Assembly: GCA_050949315.1 (NCBI GenBank) | Contig: JBMNFL010000001.1 | Location: 384,001-448,000, forward strand | DNA length: 64,000 bases | Source of the DNA: Bacilli bacterium | GTDB lineage: Bacteria; Bacillota_I; Bacilli_A; RFN20; UBA1709 | Direction: 5' to 3' | Part shown: piece after piece, positions 1 through 10,812 of the stretch | How positions within the stretch are numbered: position 1 is the first letter of the stretch | Layout of the letters: each line of letters starts with the position of its first letter | Position numbers and translations under genes: made by a program | The notes under the pieces: generated by a model | Database searches by the model: none | The model's input: only the letters and a program-made list of their open reading frames with translations | Told to the model about the DNA's origin: nothing

Positions 1-3000
1 GGTAGACGACCATAAACATCGATCATCTCTTCTTCTAAGGCCTCTAATTGCTGGCTGTTTTTAACTTCCGCCATCTTTTTATAAACATCAATTTTATCAA
101 GATCATCGGCGGTGAAATGTTCGGGTAAATAGGCATCAAGACGGTAATCAAGAGCAGGCTTTTTCGTACTTTCTTTAACTATACCTGTCTCTTTTTCTTT
201 TAAGGCCTCTTGTAAGAGATGGAGATACATATCCATACCTACGGTTTCAATAAAGCCGGCCTGTTCACTACCTAAGATATCCCCGGCCCCACGAATGCTC
301 AAATCCCTTAAGGCAATACGGTAACCACTGCCTAATTCAACAAATTCTTTAATGGCACTTAAGCGTTTGGTCGCCGCGGGATTTAAGATTTTCTTAGGAT
401 TATAGAAAAGATAGGCATAGGCTAAACGATCGCCTCTTCCCACTCGCCCTTTGATTTGATAAAGCTGAGCTAAACCAAAACGATCGGAATCTTCAACAAT
501 AATAGTGTTGGCACTAGGAATATCTAGACCATTTTCAATAATTGTGGTACAGATCATCACATTGGCTAAACCCTTATTAAAATCTATCATCGCATCTTCA
601 ATCTGCTCATGATTCATCCGCCCATGGACAACAATAACCTTAGCATCAGGAACCATCTTCCTAACCTTATTTGCTAAGGTAAAAATATCACTGATGCGAT
701 TATGCAGATAGAAAACCTGACCATGACGGCTCAATTCTCTTTCAATAATCTCTTTAATTAGCCGTTCTGACTTTTCTAAAACATAGGTTTGAATAGGCAT
801 GCGGTTGCGCGGAGGCGTATCAATTTGCGAGAAACTCTTAAGCCCAATTAAGGCCGTCTGTAAAGTTCTAGGAATTGGGGTAGCCGATAAGGTTAAAACA
901 TCAATGCTTTCTTTAAGCTCTTTGATTTTTTCCTTGTGTTCAACCCCAAAGCGCTGCTCCTCATCGACAATTAATAAACCTAAATCCTTAAACTCAACAT
1001 CCTTAGATAATAAACGGTGAGTGCCTATTAAAAAGTTTAGTTCGCCTTTTTGAAGTTCATCAAGGTATTTATTTTGCTCATTAAGTGGCACTAAACGACT
1101 TAAAACACCGATATTGATAGGGAAATTTTGGAAACGTTCTTTAGCGACCTCATAGTGTTGACGGGCTAGGATGGTAGTTGGACAAAGCAAGGCCACTTGT
1201 TTACCATTGAGAATGGCTTTAAAAGCGGCAATAAAAGCGACCTCGGTCTTACCAAAACCCACATCACCGCAGAGCAAACGATCCATAGGATAAGGCTTTT
1301 CCATATCCTCTTTGATTTCTTGTACTGCTCTTTTTTGATCTCTAGTCAGTTCATAGGGAAAGGAATTTTCAAATTGCCGTTGCCATTCTTCATCAGGCGC
1401 ACAGGCAAAACCAACTTTTTCACTGCGTTTAAGATATAAACTCATCAAACGATCGCTTATTTCACCAATGCGTTGCTTAATTTTGGTTTTAGTCTTCAGC
1501 CACTCATTACTACCAAGTTTGCTCAAGCGCGGGCTGGCTCCTTGTTTAGAAACATACTTACGTACTACTTTAAACTGGGCTAAAGGAACATATAGATCCT
1601 CATTGTTACGGTAGGCAATATGTAAATAATCCCTATGTATTCCCTGATTTTCAATGGTTTTGATGCCTAAAAACTGGCCAATACCATAGACTTCATGAAC
1701 GACATAATCCCCTAAATCTAAGTTATCGTAAGATTGTAAAACCTGAGCATCACGATAGCGGGTATAACTGCGCCTTGATCTTAATTGTTGACCAAAAATT
1801 TCTAAGGGTGAAAGAAAGATATAGCCTTCATTTACTAACTCAAAGCCCTCTTTAAAAGGAAAATCACTGTAAGATAAAGAATCTCTAGGCAAGGACTTTT
1901 TGCCATCATAGTAGCTGAGTTCATAACCCCAATCTTTAAACCAGTTTTTAACACAGGCAATTTGATTAGGATTATCAAGGCATAAAATCAAGCGATAATG
2001 TCTTCTTAAGTACTCCTCAACAATCAGTTTTAATTGTTGGGCATTGCCATTCGCTCCCTCAACTTCACGTAAGGGGAATTCGACATCACTTTCACTTCTT
2101 CTAAAAATCTCAATACTGGTTTTATTAGGAATTTTATTTAAGATAGTTGACAAAGGAAAATGCAGAATAAAAGAGGTGTCTTCACGCTCTTTTAAATATT
2201 CAAAACTTTCCTCAGTCAACAAGCGGAAATTCTCTTGAATCTCTTTTAGGTGGGAATAGATAACTCGCGCCTCTTTAGCGTAATCAAAAAGGCAGCCTAC
2301 TTTTTTAGAAACCTGACTGTAGTATTTATAAAGGGTGGAATAAGATTCCTGCTTACTTAAACTTTCTAAATCTTTAACTTTATGTTCATAGTCTAAACTA
2401 GCAGTATCAAGTTTGGCTCTTAACTCATTAAGCTTACTTTGATAATAAATTTCATCAACAATTAAATCAGTAGCGGCAATAATTTTCGCCTTATCAACCA
2501 TCTTAACCGTCCTTTGACTATCAAGATCAAAGAAACGAATGCTTTCAATCTCATCCCCAAAAAACTCAATTCTTAAAGGCAATTCATTATTAACTGAATA
2601 GATATCTAAAACCCCACCACGACGCGCGAATTCTAAAGAGTGGGTAATTTTGTTCACTCTTTGATAACCTATACTAACTAACTTAGCCATAAACTCCTCT
2701 AAGTTAAGCTGGCTATTAACTTGAAGATCAATTTGGCTAGCTTTAAAGAGTTCATAAGTTGGTAGTAAGCGACTAATGGCAGCGGTATGAGTTATTAGTA
2801 AATAGTTTTCTTCGGTTAGTAACTTATCTAATACATAAAGGCGCTGAGTTAATAGTTCTGGCGAAGAGGCTAAGGCTTCAATTCGAAAAGATTCATCAAC
2901 AGGGAAAAAAAGGCAGTGCTCATAGTCCACTAGCCCTTCTAGACGTTCATAGAGTTGTTGGGCAGCAAAGAGATTATTTTTAACAATAATCATCTTTTGC

Positions 3001-3131
3001 TTATTCGCCCAAAAAGAAGCCGCAATTAAAAGGGCTTCTTGACTGCGATCATTGGCAATAATGCGTTTTTGACCAGCGCTTAAAGCCTTAACTGCCGGAA
3101 AGTCTTGTAAAAGTTCAAGCAGGGCTTTCAT
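1..3131 (-). CDS. mfd: Transcription-repair coupling factor (3' end runs off the window start)
   Basis: Hand translation from ATG at 3131. Contains GDYVVHEVYGIG (RID/CarD-like), CGDVGFGKT, DEEQRFGV, SATPIPRT and QIKGRVGR. Spot checks at 1271 and 20 are in frame with the start. Confidence 0.96.
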   Translation of the reverse strand, partial: MKALLELLQDFPAVKALSAGQKRIIANDRSQEALLIAASFWANKQKMIIVKNNLFAAQQLYERLEGLVDYEHCLFFPVDESFRIEALASSPELLTQRLYVLDKLLTEENYLLITHTAAISRLLPTYELFKASQIDLQVNSQLNLEEFMAKLVSIGYQRVNKITHSLEFARRGGVLDIYSVNNELPLRIEFFGDEIESIRFFDLDSQRTVKMVDKAKIIAATDLIVDEIYYQSKLNELRAKLDTASLDYEHKVKDLESLSKQESYSTLYKYYSQVSKKVGCLFDYAKEARVIYSHLKEIQENFRLLTEESFEYLKEREDTSFILHFPLSTILNKIPNKTSIEIFRRSESDVEFPLREVEGANGNAQQLKLIVEEYLRRHYRLILCLDNPNQIACVKNWFKDWGYELSYYDGKKSLPRDSLSYSDFPFKEGFELVNEGYIFLSPLEIFGQQLRSRRSYTRYRDAQVLQSYDNLDLGDYVVHEVYGIGQFLGIKTIENQGIHRDYLHIAYRNNEDLYVPLAQFKVVRKYVSKQGASPRLSKLGSNEWLKTKTKIKQRIGEISDRLMSLYLKRSEKVGFACAPDEEWQRQFENSFPYELTRDQKRAVQEIKEDMEKPYPMDRLLCGDVGFGKTEVAFIAAFKAILNGKQVALLCPTTILARQHYEVAKERFQNFPINIGVLSRLVPLNEQNKYLDELQKGELNFLIGTHRLLSKDVEFKDLGLLIVDEEQRFGVEHKEKIKELKESIDVLTLSATPIPRTLQTALIGLKSFSQIDTPPRNRMPIQTYVLEKSERLIKEIIERELSRHGQVFYLHNRISDIFTLANKVRKMVPDAKVIVVHGRMNHEQIEDAMIDFNKGLANVMICTTIIENGLDIPSANTIIVEDSDRFGLAQLYQIKGRVGRGDRLAYAYLFYNPKKILNPAATKRLSAIKEFVELGSGYRIALRDLSIRGAGDILGSEQAGFIETVGMDMYLHLLQEALKEKETGIVKESTKKPALDYRLDAYLPEHFTADDLDKIDVYKKMAEVKNSQQLEALEEEMIDVYGRL

Positions 3132-3708
3132 TACGTGGCTCAACCTTGTCCTTTTTATTGTATTTATTCATCACTTTATCAAAGGGTTCTTTTAACCAAT
3201 CTAAAATGGCATTACTGGCTTGAACAATCGCCTCTTTGATAAGCACCTGTTCTTCTTTATTTAATTTACCTAAAACATAATCACTAACTGGAATTAGATT
3301 ATCTTTAGCAATACCGATTCTTAAGCGTTTATACTCTTCACTTTCTAAGTAAGCGTTGATGCTTTCAATGCCTTTATGACCACCACTAGCACAGTGTTCT
3401 CTTAGGCGTAGCTGTCCCGTTTTTAAATCTAAATCATCGCTGATAACTAAGATGTTTTCTTTTTCAATTTTAAAATAATCAACAAATTTTTTAACCGCCA
3501 AACCTGAGTTATTCATATAGTTCTGGGGCTTTAAGAAGATGACATCTTCTGAGCCAATTTTGGTCTTGACATACAAAGAATTGAAGCGACTTTTCTCGGG
3601 TCCTAAATCATTATGACTTAAAAGATAATCAATGACCATAAAGCCGATATTATGGCGTGTCAAAGCATACTCGTTTCCGGGATTTCCAAGACCAACAATC
3701 AATTTCAT
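3115..3708 (-). CDS. pth: Peptidyl-tRNA hydrolase
   Basis: MKLIVGLGNPG..TRHNIGF, KPQNYMNNSG, GGHKG and RLRIGI motifs. Confidence 0.97.
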   Translation of the reverse strand: MKLIVGLGNPGNEYALTRHNIGFMVIDYLLSHNDLGPEKSRFNSLYVKTKIGSEDVIFLKPQNYMNNSGLAVKKFVDYFKIEKENILVISDDLDLKTGQLRLREHCASGGHKGIESINAYLESEEYKRLRIGIAKDNLIPVSDYVLGKLNKEEQVLIKEAIVQASNAILDWLKEPFDKVMNKYNKKDKVEPRNESPA

Positions 3709-3737
3709 TTTCATCATCCTCTCATTTAAGATTCACT

Positions 3738-4472
3738 CTATTTTTTAGATACTTTTTGTTTATTTAAGTTTTTTAGAATATCCACTTCTTTACTTGTTAA
3801 TTCACGATAAGCTCCTAGCCTTAAAGTTGATACTTCTAAACCGGCAAAAGAACGACGATATAAGCTTACAACTTCACTACCCAAGGCTTCAATCAAACGT
3901 TTAATAAGATGCTTACGTCCCTCAACAACTTCTAGTTCCAGTTTGCTTAAATTCAACTCTTCGTTATAACTAAGCAAGCTAGCTTTTGTAACTTTAGCTA
4001 AGCCATCGCTTAAGATAAGACCCTTCCTTAATTTGTCAAGATCACTATCATCTAATCTACCAAGACATTGGACCTGATAGACCTTAGTTATACCATAGCG
4101 TGGATGCATGAGCTTGTTAGCAAGTTCACCATCATTGGTCATAATAAGGGCCCCTGTAGTATCAAAGTCCAGCCGCCCAATAGGGAAGATCCGCTCTGGG
4201 ACCTTTTTAAAATAATTCATAATAGTTGGACGCTTGCGATCATCAGAAACCGTACTTAAACAGTTCTTAGGTTTATGGAAGAGAAAGTAAACAAAAGTTT
4301 CTCTTTCTAAAGGCTTATCATCAATCATGATTTTGGCACCTTTATCAACCTTAGTTCCTAGAACATCGCAGACCTTTCCATCGACCTTAACCCGTCCCGC
4401 CTGAATTAACTCTTCAGCTTTCCTACGGGAACAAAAACCTGATTGAGCGATAACTTTTTGTAAACGTTCCAT
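3738..4472 (-). CDS. rluB: rRNA pseudouridine synthase, RluB/RsuA family with S4 domain
   Basis: MERLQKVIAQSGFCSRRKAE S4 domain; catalytic GRLDFDTTG. Confidence 0.9.
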   Translation of the reverse strand: MERLQKVIAQSGFCSRRKAEELIQAGRVKVDGKVCDVLGTKVDKGAKIMIDDKPLERETFVYFLFHKPKNCLSTVSDDRKRPTIMNYFKKVPERIFPIGRLDFDTTGALIMTNDGELANKLMHPRYGITKVYQVQCLGRLDDSDLDKLRKGLILSDGLAKVTKASLLSYNEELNLSKLELEVVEGRKHLIKRLIEALGSEVVSLYRRSFAGLEVSTLRLGAYRELTSKEVDILKNLNKQKVSKK

Positions 4473-5797
4473 TACAAGCCTGCGATAACTAAACCCTTAA
4501 TCCAAGCCGATGGACCCTTGATACTGGGATTAAAATAGAAGTCTTGCTCATCGCTTAATTCCACTAAATTATGGAGCATGGTATAAAGATTACCAGCAAC
4601 GGTTATCACACTGACTGGGCGTTCTTTTTGACCGTTTTTAATCACATAACCACTGGCCTGTAAGGAGAAGTTGCCCGAGATGGAATCAAGCCCAGCATGC
4701 ATACCTTGAAGTTCCGTAATATAAAGTCCATCTTGCATTTTAGCAAAGAGTTCTTCTTTCTTGCTCTTACCAGCAACTAAGTAGGCATTGCGAACACTGA
4801 TACCCACCACACCACCACTGCGATAACCATTACCCGTTGATTTAACATCATCTTTTAAAGCCCGTTTGAGATTATAAAGATAAGTTTTTAAAACACCTTT
4901 TTCAATAATGGTCTTGGGTTTAGTAGCTACCCCTTCATCATCAAAGCCCGTACTGACAATAGAATTTTCTAACCACGGATCTTCAATGAGCGTGAAATTA
5001 TCGCCCCCAACCTTAGTTCCTAATTTATCTTTCCAAATAGAAAAGCCATCTTGAATGTTGCTGGCGTAGCAATTGCTAACCACAAAACCCAGTAAAGCTG
5101 ACATCATCTTAGCATCTAAGACCACATCATAAGGACCAGACTTAACCGCCTTACTACCTAATTTTGAAAGGGCCTCATCACAGGCTTCCTTAACAATTTT
5201 AGAAGTGTTCAGTTTTTGAAAATCATTATCAACAAAGATATAACTTCCCGTCTTATCCTCATTATCCTTACGGGCCACAACATCAAGATAGTAGACAATT
5301 TGATTGTTCTCTCTTGTCAAATTAAGTCCTTTATCATTGATAATAGTCACCTTGGAACTGGCCTCGCTATAGCTATTAGAAGCCACTTCCACAATGGCAG
5401 GATTATAAGCCAAAGCCTCTTTTTCAATCTGCTTAATAAAAGCAATTTTCTCTGCCATAGAAACCTCAGCTAAAGCAGGATTAAAGACATTGATCTTTTT
5501 ATATTCTTTATCACCCGCATAAATACTAACTTTATCACTAGAAGTGATAAGCTTGGCGTTTTTAATGATATTATCAACTAGAAATTTAGCAGTTTTATTA
5601 TCGTATTTTTCAGCGCGAACATAGCCCATCTTGCCCTCAAAAATACCCCGAGCGGAAAGCATAAAATCGCTGTTAATACGATAATCATCAATCTCACTAT
5701 GGAAAAGACTAACCGCCACTTCTCTTCCTTCATAGATATAGAGTTCTAAACTCTCAATCCCCTTGCTTTTAGCTAATTCAAAAATTTCTTTGTACAT
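4472..5797 (-). CDS. tldE: TldD/PmbA family protein, PmbA/TldE subunit
   Basis: FDDEGV, STGNG and SGNFSL motifs; lacks HExxxH; follows tldD. Confidence 0.85.
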   Translation of the reverse strand: MYKEIFELAKSKGIESLELYIYEGREVAVSLFHSEIDDYRINSDFMLSARGIFEGKMGYVRAEKYDNKTAKFLVDNIIKNAKLITSSDKVSIYAGDKEYKKINVFNPALAEVSMAEKIAFIKQIEKEALAYNPAIVEVASNSYSEASSKVTIINDKGLNLTRENNQIVYYLDVVARKDNEDKTGSYIFVDNDFQKLNTSKIVKEACDEALSKLGSKAVKSGPYDVVLDAKMMSALLGFVVSNCYASNIQDGFSIWKDKLGTKVGGDNFTLIEDPWLENSIVSTGFDDEGVATKPKTIIEKGVLKTYLYNLKRALKDDVKSTGNGYRSGGVVGISVRNAYLVAGKSKKEELFAKMQDGLYITELQGMHAGLDSISGNFSLQASGYVIKNGQKERPVSVITVAGNLYTMLHNLVELSDEQDFYFNPSIKGPSAWIKGLVIAGL

Positions 5798-5802
5798 AAA
5801 GT

Positions 5803-7179
5803 TTACCCCCTACCACCAACGGTGATATTCCTAACCCGCAAACAAGGTTGTCCAACATCAACAGGAATTGAGCCACTCACACTCCCACACATACCCTGGG
5901 CGCGCTTTAGGTTACTACCAATCATATCAATATTGAAAAGAATCTCATTGCCCTTACCAACTAAAGATGCTCCTTTAACCGGACGAGATAGCTTGCCATT
6001 TTTAATTAGATAACCTTCAGAAACCGAGAAATTAAATTCCCCAGTAATGGGATTAACACTGCCACCACCCATCTTCTTGGCATAAAGACCATACTTAGTA
6101 GCCTTGATCATCTCTTCAACCGTAGAGGTTCCTTGGGCGATATAGGTGTTAGACATTCTACTAGTTGGGGCCAGTTTATAACTTTCCCTACGGCAGCAAC
6201 CATTGGCTTTTTCTTTCATCCGCCTGCCGTTTTGACTATCGACAAGATAACTATTTAAAACACCATTTTTAATCAGGGTGGTTTTTTGGGTGGGATTACC
6301 CTCATCATCAATACTAGCACTACCCCAGCCATACTCAATGGTCCCATCATCAATGGCTGTTACGATGTCACTAGCAATCTTTTGACCCTTTTTACCACAA
6401 AAAACCGATAAACCCTTAGCAACCGAGGTGGCTTCTAAGGAATGGCCACAAGCTTCGTGGAAAACAACTCCACCAAAACCATTTTCTAAAACTACATCCA
6501 TCTTCCTTGAGGGACACTCACGCGCTTTCAAGGTAGTGATGGCGGATTTAGCCACTGATTTAGCAATCTCTTTTAAATCAATCGTCTCAAAAAACTCATA
6601 GCCTTGATTGGCTCCTGGTCCTTCAAAGGCCATCTCCATTTGGCCATCTTTACTAGCGACCGCTAGAATGCCTAAGCGCACCCGAAAGCGTCTATCGTTA
6701 GTCCAAAGGCCATCGCTATTGATAATTAGAACTCGTTGATCGGTATCAACTAAACTTATCTCTACTTTAGAAATCAATTTGTTGCGACCTTTACAGGCCT
6801 TATAAACCTTGGTCATCAAACGACTGCGATAGGCGTTAGAAACCTTGGTCTTTTGATAATTAAAACCCTGATGTTCTTTAATTTCAAAACCCTCTACTCT
6901 TTTACAGCGCTTGCCTTCATAACAAGCACTTAAATCGCTGGCTAAACGCATAAGACCCATTGGGCTTACATCATTGGTATAGCCATAAACAGCCTGTAAA
7001 TCTTTTAAGATTCTTAAACCAATGCCGGTGACTAAAGAACTACTGGCTTCATTAATGACCGCATCTTCGCGTTTAACGGCCACATTTCTAATAGTTGATT
7101 CACAGAAAAGCTCGGCATAGTCTCCTCCTGTGGCTAAGGCTTTATTTAAAACTTTCTTAGCTAAGGTTTTAGTAATCAT
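5803..7179 (-). CDS. tldD: TldD metalloprotease
   Basis: HEACGHSLEA zinc motif, DDEG, RMSNTY, GMCGSVSGSIPVDVGQP. Confidence 0.93.
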   Translation of the reverse strand: MITKTLAKKVLNKALATGGDYAELFCESTIRNVAVKREDAVINEASSSLVTGIGLRILKDLQAVYGYTNDVSPMGLMRLASDLSACYEGKRCKRVEGFEIKEHQGFNYQKTKVSNAYRSRLMTKVYKACKGRNKLISKVEISLVDTDQRVLIINSDGLWTNDRRFRVRLGILAVASKDGQMEMAFEGPGANQGYEFFETIDLKEIAKSVAKSAITTLKARECPSRKMDVVLENGFGGVVFHEACGHSLEATSVAKGLSVFCGKKGQKIASDIVTAIDDGTIEYGWGSASIDDEGNPTQKTTLIKNGVLNSYLVDSQNGRRMKEKANGCCRRESYKLAPTSRMSNTYIAQGTSTVEEMIKATKYGLYAKKMGGGSVNPITGEFNFSVSEGYLIKNGKLSRPVKGASLVGKGNEILFNIDMIGSNLKRAQGMCGSVSGSIPVDVGQPCLRVRNITVGGRG

Positions 7180-7369
7180 ATCTTCACCCTCTTTATTTTA
7201 CTCTATACTCTTAATTATAAGAATTTATCAGTTTTACACAAGTCAAAGACTTGTAAAGTTTTATTGATAAACTTCGCTTTTAAAGATAATTATTCCTAAT
7301 TCAAGGGAAAATTTGCGTTTTATTTAGGGCTTATTGTATAATTAGTTATTGGTAAAAGGGGGCTATATT

Positions 7370-7927
7370 ATGGCAAACTTAAAGTGTTTAGAAAACTTTG
7401 TTCCCAGTGAAGGCAATGTCTATAGTGAAGCCGAAATGCGGAATATCAATATTAAGATTTTAAAGGAAAGAGGCGTTTCGGTTGATGACATCGCTCAACT
7501 ATCCTATTGGGCGCAAAGTAAGTATTTAGATTCCTTAACCATTGAAGAAATGCGGGAATCAGTACTGGAGATCCTTGGAAAAAGAGATCAGTTTCATGCG
7601 ATTTTATTAGGGGTCCAAATTGATGTTTTAGCTGAAAAAGGTATGTTAGATAATCCTTTGTTAAATATCTTAACCCACGATTTAGGACTCTTTGGTTTAG
7701 ATGAGGCGATTGCTATCTCTATCGCTGGTAACTACGGACAGATAGGTGTTACTAATTTTGGTAATATGGATGTCAATAAACCTGGGAAAATAAGTCTACT
7801 GCAGAAAGATAAAAACCGCTGCAATTGCTTCCTTGATGATATTGTCGGCGCCATTGCCGCTGTCGCGGCTATTCGGGTCGCTCAAAGGCATGCTATTGCA
7901 AAAGCTACTGGACAATTAAATATCTAA
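7370..7927 (+). CDS. Phosphatidylglycerophosphatase A-like protein (YutG/PgpA family)
   Basis: DLGLFGLDEAIA, YGQIGVTNFG, KPG, FLDDIVGAIAA; SD-like GGGGG upstream. Confidence 0.8.
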   Translation: MANLKCLENFVPSEGNVYSEAEMRNINIKILKERGVSVDDIAQLSYWAQSKYLDSLTIEEMRESVLEILGKRDQFHAILLGVQIDVLAEKGMLDNPLLNILTHDLGLFGLDEAIAISIAGNYGQIGVTNFGNMDVNKPGKISLLQKDKNRCNCFLDDIVGAIAAVAAIRVAQRHAIAKATGQLNI

Positions 7928-7950
7928 CACCCTATAGGGTGTTTTTTATT
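7926..7950 (+). terminator. Intrinsic terminator after the pgpA-like gene
   Basis: Palindrome AACACCCTATAGGGTGTT followed by a T-run. Confidence 0.75.
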
Positions 7951-7958
7951 TTAGATAT

Positions 7959-7984
7959 AAAAAGAGTTGACTTAATCAACTCTC
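7959..7984 (-). terminator. Intrinsic terminator after lysS
   Basis: Minus strand AGAGTTGA-TTAAG-TCAACTCT followed by Ts. Confidence 0.7.
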
Positions 7985-7992
7985 CTTACTTT

Positions 7993-9486
7993 TTATTTCA
8001 AAGGACGCATAGTCGGGAACAGAAGAACTTCCCGAATGGAATTAACTTGACAGAGCAACATAACTAAGCGATCAATACCAATGCCTATGCCCCCGCAAGG
8101 TGGCATACCATATTCTAAAGCCTCTATATAATCATTATCGACTTGGTTAGCTTCTTCGTTACCGAGTTCCCGCTCTTTTAATTGTTGTTCAAAGCGTTCC
8201 CTCTGATCTAAAGGATCATTGAGTTCACTAAAGGCATTGGCATATTCATGCCCTAAGATAAAGAGTTCAAAGCGTTCAGTATAACGCGGATCTTTACTCT
8301 TCTTAGCTAAGGGACTAATCTCAATAGGATGACCGGTTAAAAAAGTGGGTTGAATTAAACTTTTCTCACCATACTCTTCAAAGAAGAGATTTAAGATATG
8401 ACCGACAGAATAATGATGCTTCTCAACACTTAGCTTGTGTTCTTCTGCTAACTTTCTTGCCTCTTCAAAATCGGTGATCTTGCTAAAATCAATTCCGCAT
8501 TGTTCCTTAACTAACTCAACCATCGATATTCTTCTAAAAGGCTTACTAAAATCAATAGTTACCTCATCTTTAGTAATAATAGTGGTGCCTAAAACATCTT
8601 GACAAACATATCTAATTAGACCCTCGGCTAAATCCATCATCCCATACATATCACTATAGGCTTGATAGGCCTCAATTGAGGTAAACTCTGGATTATGCTT
8701 AGTATCCATACCTTCATTTCTAAATAGGCGGCCGATTTCATAAACTTTCTCTAAACCACCCACAATTAAACGCTTTAGGGGTAGTTCTGTAGCAATTCTT
8801 AAATAAAAGTCCATATCTAAGGTGTTGTGATGGGTGATGAAAGGCCGAGCATTCGCTCCCCCTAAAATGGCTTGTAAAACTGGAGTTTCAACCTCAACAA
8901 AACCTTGGCCATCCATATATCTTTGAATTGAGCGGATGATTTTTGGTCTTAATAAGGCACAGCGCTTAGCCTCTTCATTCATGATTAAATCAAGATAACG
9001 ACGGCGGTAGCGCTCTTCAACATCGGTTAGACCATGAAACTTTTCGGGTAAAGGCTTAAAAGCCTTGGCTAAGTGGGTATAGGTAGTAGCCCGCACCGAT
9101 AGTTCACCTGTTCTTGTCCGCATAATCGTACCACTGACACCGATGATGTCCCCAATATCACTCTGCTTAAAAACATTGGTGAAAACTTCTTCGCCAACTA
9201 CATCTTTACGTAGGTAAACTTGAATTTTGCCACCCAAATCTTGAAGCGTCAAAAAAGCGACTTTCCCCATATCGCGAATCATCATAATCCGACCAGCAAT
9301 AGTTACTTGATGGCTGGCTTTATCAAGTTCTTCATGACTCTTGTCACCAAACTCTTCTCGTAATTTGCTGGATAAATGGGTTCTTTCAAATCTTTGACCA
9401 AAAGGTTCAATCCCTAGTTTGATTAATTTATTTACTTTTTCTCTTCTAACTATTTCTTGATCAGACAAGTTTTGTTCATTCGCCAT
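7993..9486 (-). CDS. lysS: Lysyl-tRNA synthetase (class II)
   Basis: [47 protein letters not shown]. Confidence 0.98.
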   Translation of the reverse strand: MANEQNLSDQEIVRREKVNKLIKLGIEPFGQRFERTHLSSKLREEFGDKSHEELDKASHQVTIAGRIMMIRDMGKVAFLTLQDLGGKIQVYLRKDVVGEEVFTNVFKQSDIGDIIGVSGTIMRTRTGELSVRATTYTHLAKAFKPLPEKFHGLTDVEERYRRRYLDLIMNEEAKRCALLRPKIIRSIQRYMDGQGFVEVETPVLQAILGGANARPFITHHNTLDMDFYLRIATELPLKRLIVGGLEKVYEIGRLFRNEGMDTKHNPEFTSIEAYQAYSDMYGMMDLAEGLIRYVCQDVLGTTIITKDEVTIDFSKPFRRISMVELVKEQCGIDFSKITDFEEARKLAEEHKLSVEKHHYSVGHILNLFFEEYGEKSLIQPTFLTGHPIEISPLAKKSKDPRYTERFELFILGHEYANAFSELNDPLDQRERFEQQLKERELGNEEANQVDNDYIEALEYGMPPCGGIGIGIDRLVMLLCQVNSIREVLLFPTMRPLK

Positions 9487-9678
9487 AATTAAACACCTCA
9501 TTCTTGGTAGCAAGGAAAATTTTAACCTAAAAATGCAAAAAATTCAACCGCTAGCCCGACTTTTCTTCCTAAAAAGCCTTGACTTTTACCTTTTTATGCC
9601 AAACGACGAAAAACATTATTGTTTTTTATTCTTTTTTTGGGCAATTTATGCTATTATGTTCTCATTGGAGTTGATAAT

Positions 9679-10812
9679 ATGCTAAATACCGAACTAGCGC
9701 AAAGAATTGTTAATTCAGTTATCCCCATCATTAACTGCAATGTTAATGTTTTTGACAAGCAAGGGGTAATTATCGGCAGTGGTGACAAGGAAAGAATTGG
9801 TCAAGTACATGCCATCGCTAAAGAGATAATCTCTTCTCCGGCCTTTGCTAAAAGTTATGGCATTATCCAAGAAGCTAAAATCATCAATGGCACCATGGTC
9901 CATCCTGGTGTTAACTTACCTATCTATCTTAATAATGAAGTGATTGGAGCCATCGGGGTTACCGGTAATCCCAGCCAAGTTTTAAACTACGCTAGATTAA
10001 TTCAACAAACCGCTGAACTGCTGGTTTGGAAAGAGATCACCTCTAACAGCATTGAATTAAAAAGAATGTTAAGCTATGAATTTGTGACTGCCATTTTGGA
10101 ACACAAAGACTTAAGCAGTGGTTTGACTAGCAGCATTAAGAACCTACAAATTGATTATGAAAACTTCCATTACTGTACCTTAATTGAATTAGAATCTAAT
10201 CAAAATATCATCAACGAAATTGATGCGATTTTTAAGTTTTTACCAAAGGCCGCTATCGGTAAGGATGATAGATATATCATCGTCTTTACCAATCGCAAAG
10301 TTGATTTTAACAAATTAAAAAGTGGTTCTGCTGGTAACTTTAACTTCTATACTGGTTGTCGCGTGGATAACTGGATGGATCTTGACAAGTCTTTAACCGT
10401 GGCTAAGGCCAAGGCTTTATTCCATAAAGAAGCCCCTAGTAGTCGCTATAAAGAAAGCAATGGGGCGCTTGCAGTCATCATCAATTATCTAGAAAACCCT
10501 TATCTTTATCTACCTGATTTAAAAAAATACAGCAGGATGGCCCAAAAGAAAAATCTCTTAGAAACTCATGAAGCTTATATTCACTTTAATGGGGCCATTA
10601 AAGAAATCTGTGAGAAGCTAGATATCCATCGCAACACCATTATCTATCGTCTGCAACGCATTAAAGAAATAACTGGACTTGATGTTAGAAAAAGCGAAGA
10701 TAGTTTCCGCTTGTTCTCTTTACACATCATCTATCAGGTGATGGATAAGGAAGAGAAAAATGCGCTTTTAAAAGGTAAAACTAATAAAAAAGTGGGTGAT
10801 CAAAATGATTAA
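9679..10812 (+). CDS. CdaR/SdaR family regulator (sugar-diacid recognition domain plus PucR-type HTH)
   Basis: LAQRIV..NVNVFD..GVIIGSGDKERIGQVH, PGVNLP; C-terminal LDIHRNTIIYRLQRIKEITGLD. Confidence 0.85.
   Translation: MLNTELAQRIVNSVIPIINCNVNVFDKQGVIIGSGDKERIGQVHAIAKEIISSPAFAKSYGIIQEAKIINGTMVHPGVNLPIYLNNEVIGAIGVTGNPSQVLNYARLIQQTAELLVWKEITSNSIELKRMLSYEFVTAILEHKDLSSGLTSSIKNLQIDYENFHYCTLIELESNQNIINEIDAIFKFLPKAAIGKDDRYIIVFTNRKVDFNKLKSGSAGNFNFYTGCRVDNWMDLDKSLTVAKAKALFHKEAPSSRYKESNGALAVIINYLENPYLYLPDLKKYSRMAQKKNLLETHEAYIHFNGAIKEICEKLDIHRNTIIYRLQRIKEITGLDVRKSEDSFRLFSLHIIYQVMDKEEKNALLKGKTNKKVGDQND

Noticed and set aside
799-2238. Short plus-strand ORFs, and the many similar 60-130 aa antisense ORFs across the window
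   Set aside because: They lie opposite well-supported genes such as mfd and show no recognisable motifs
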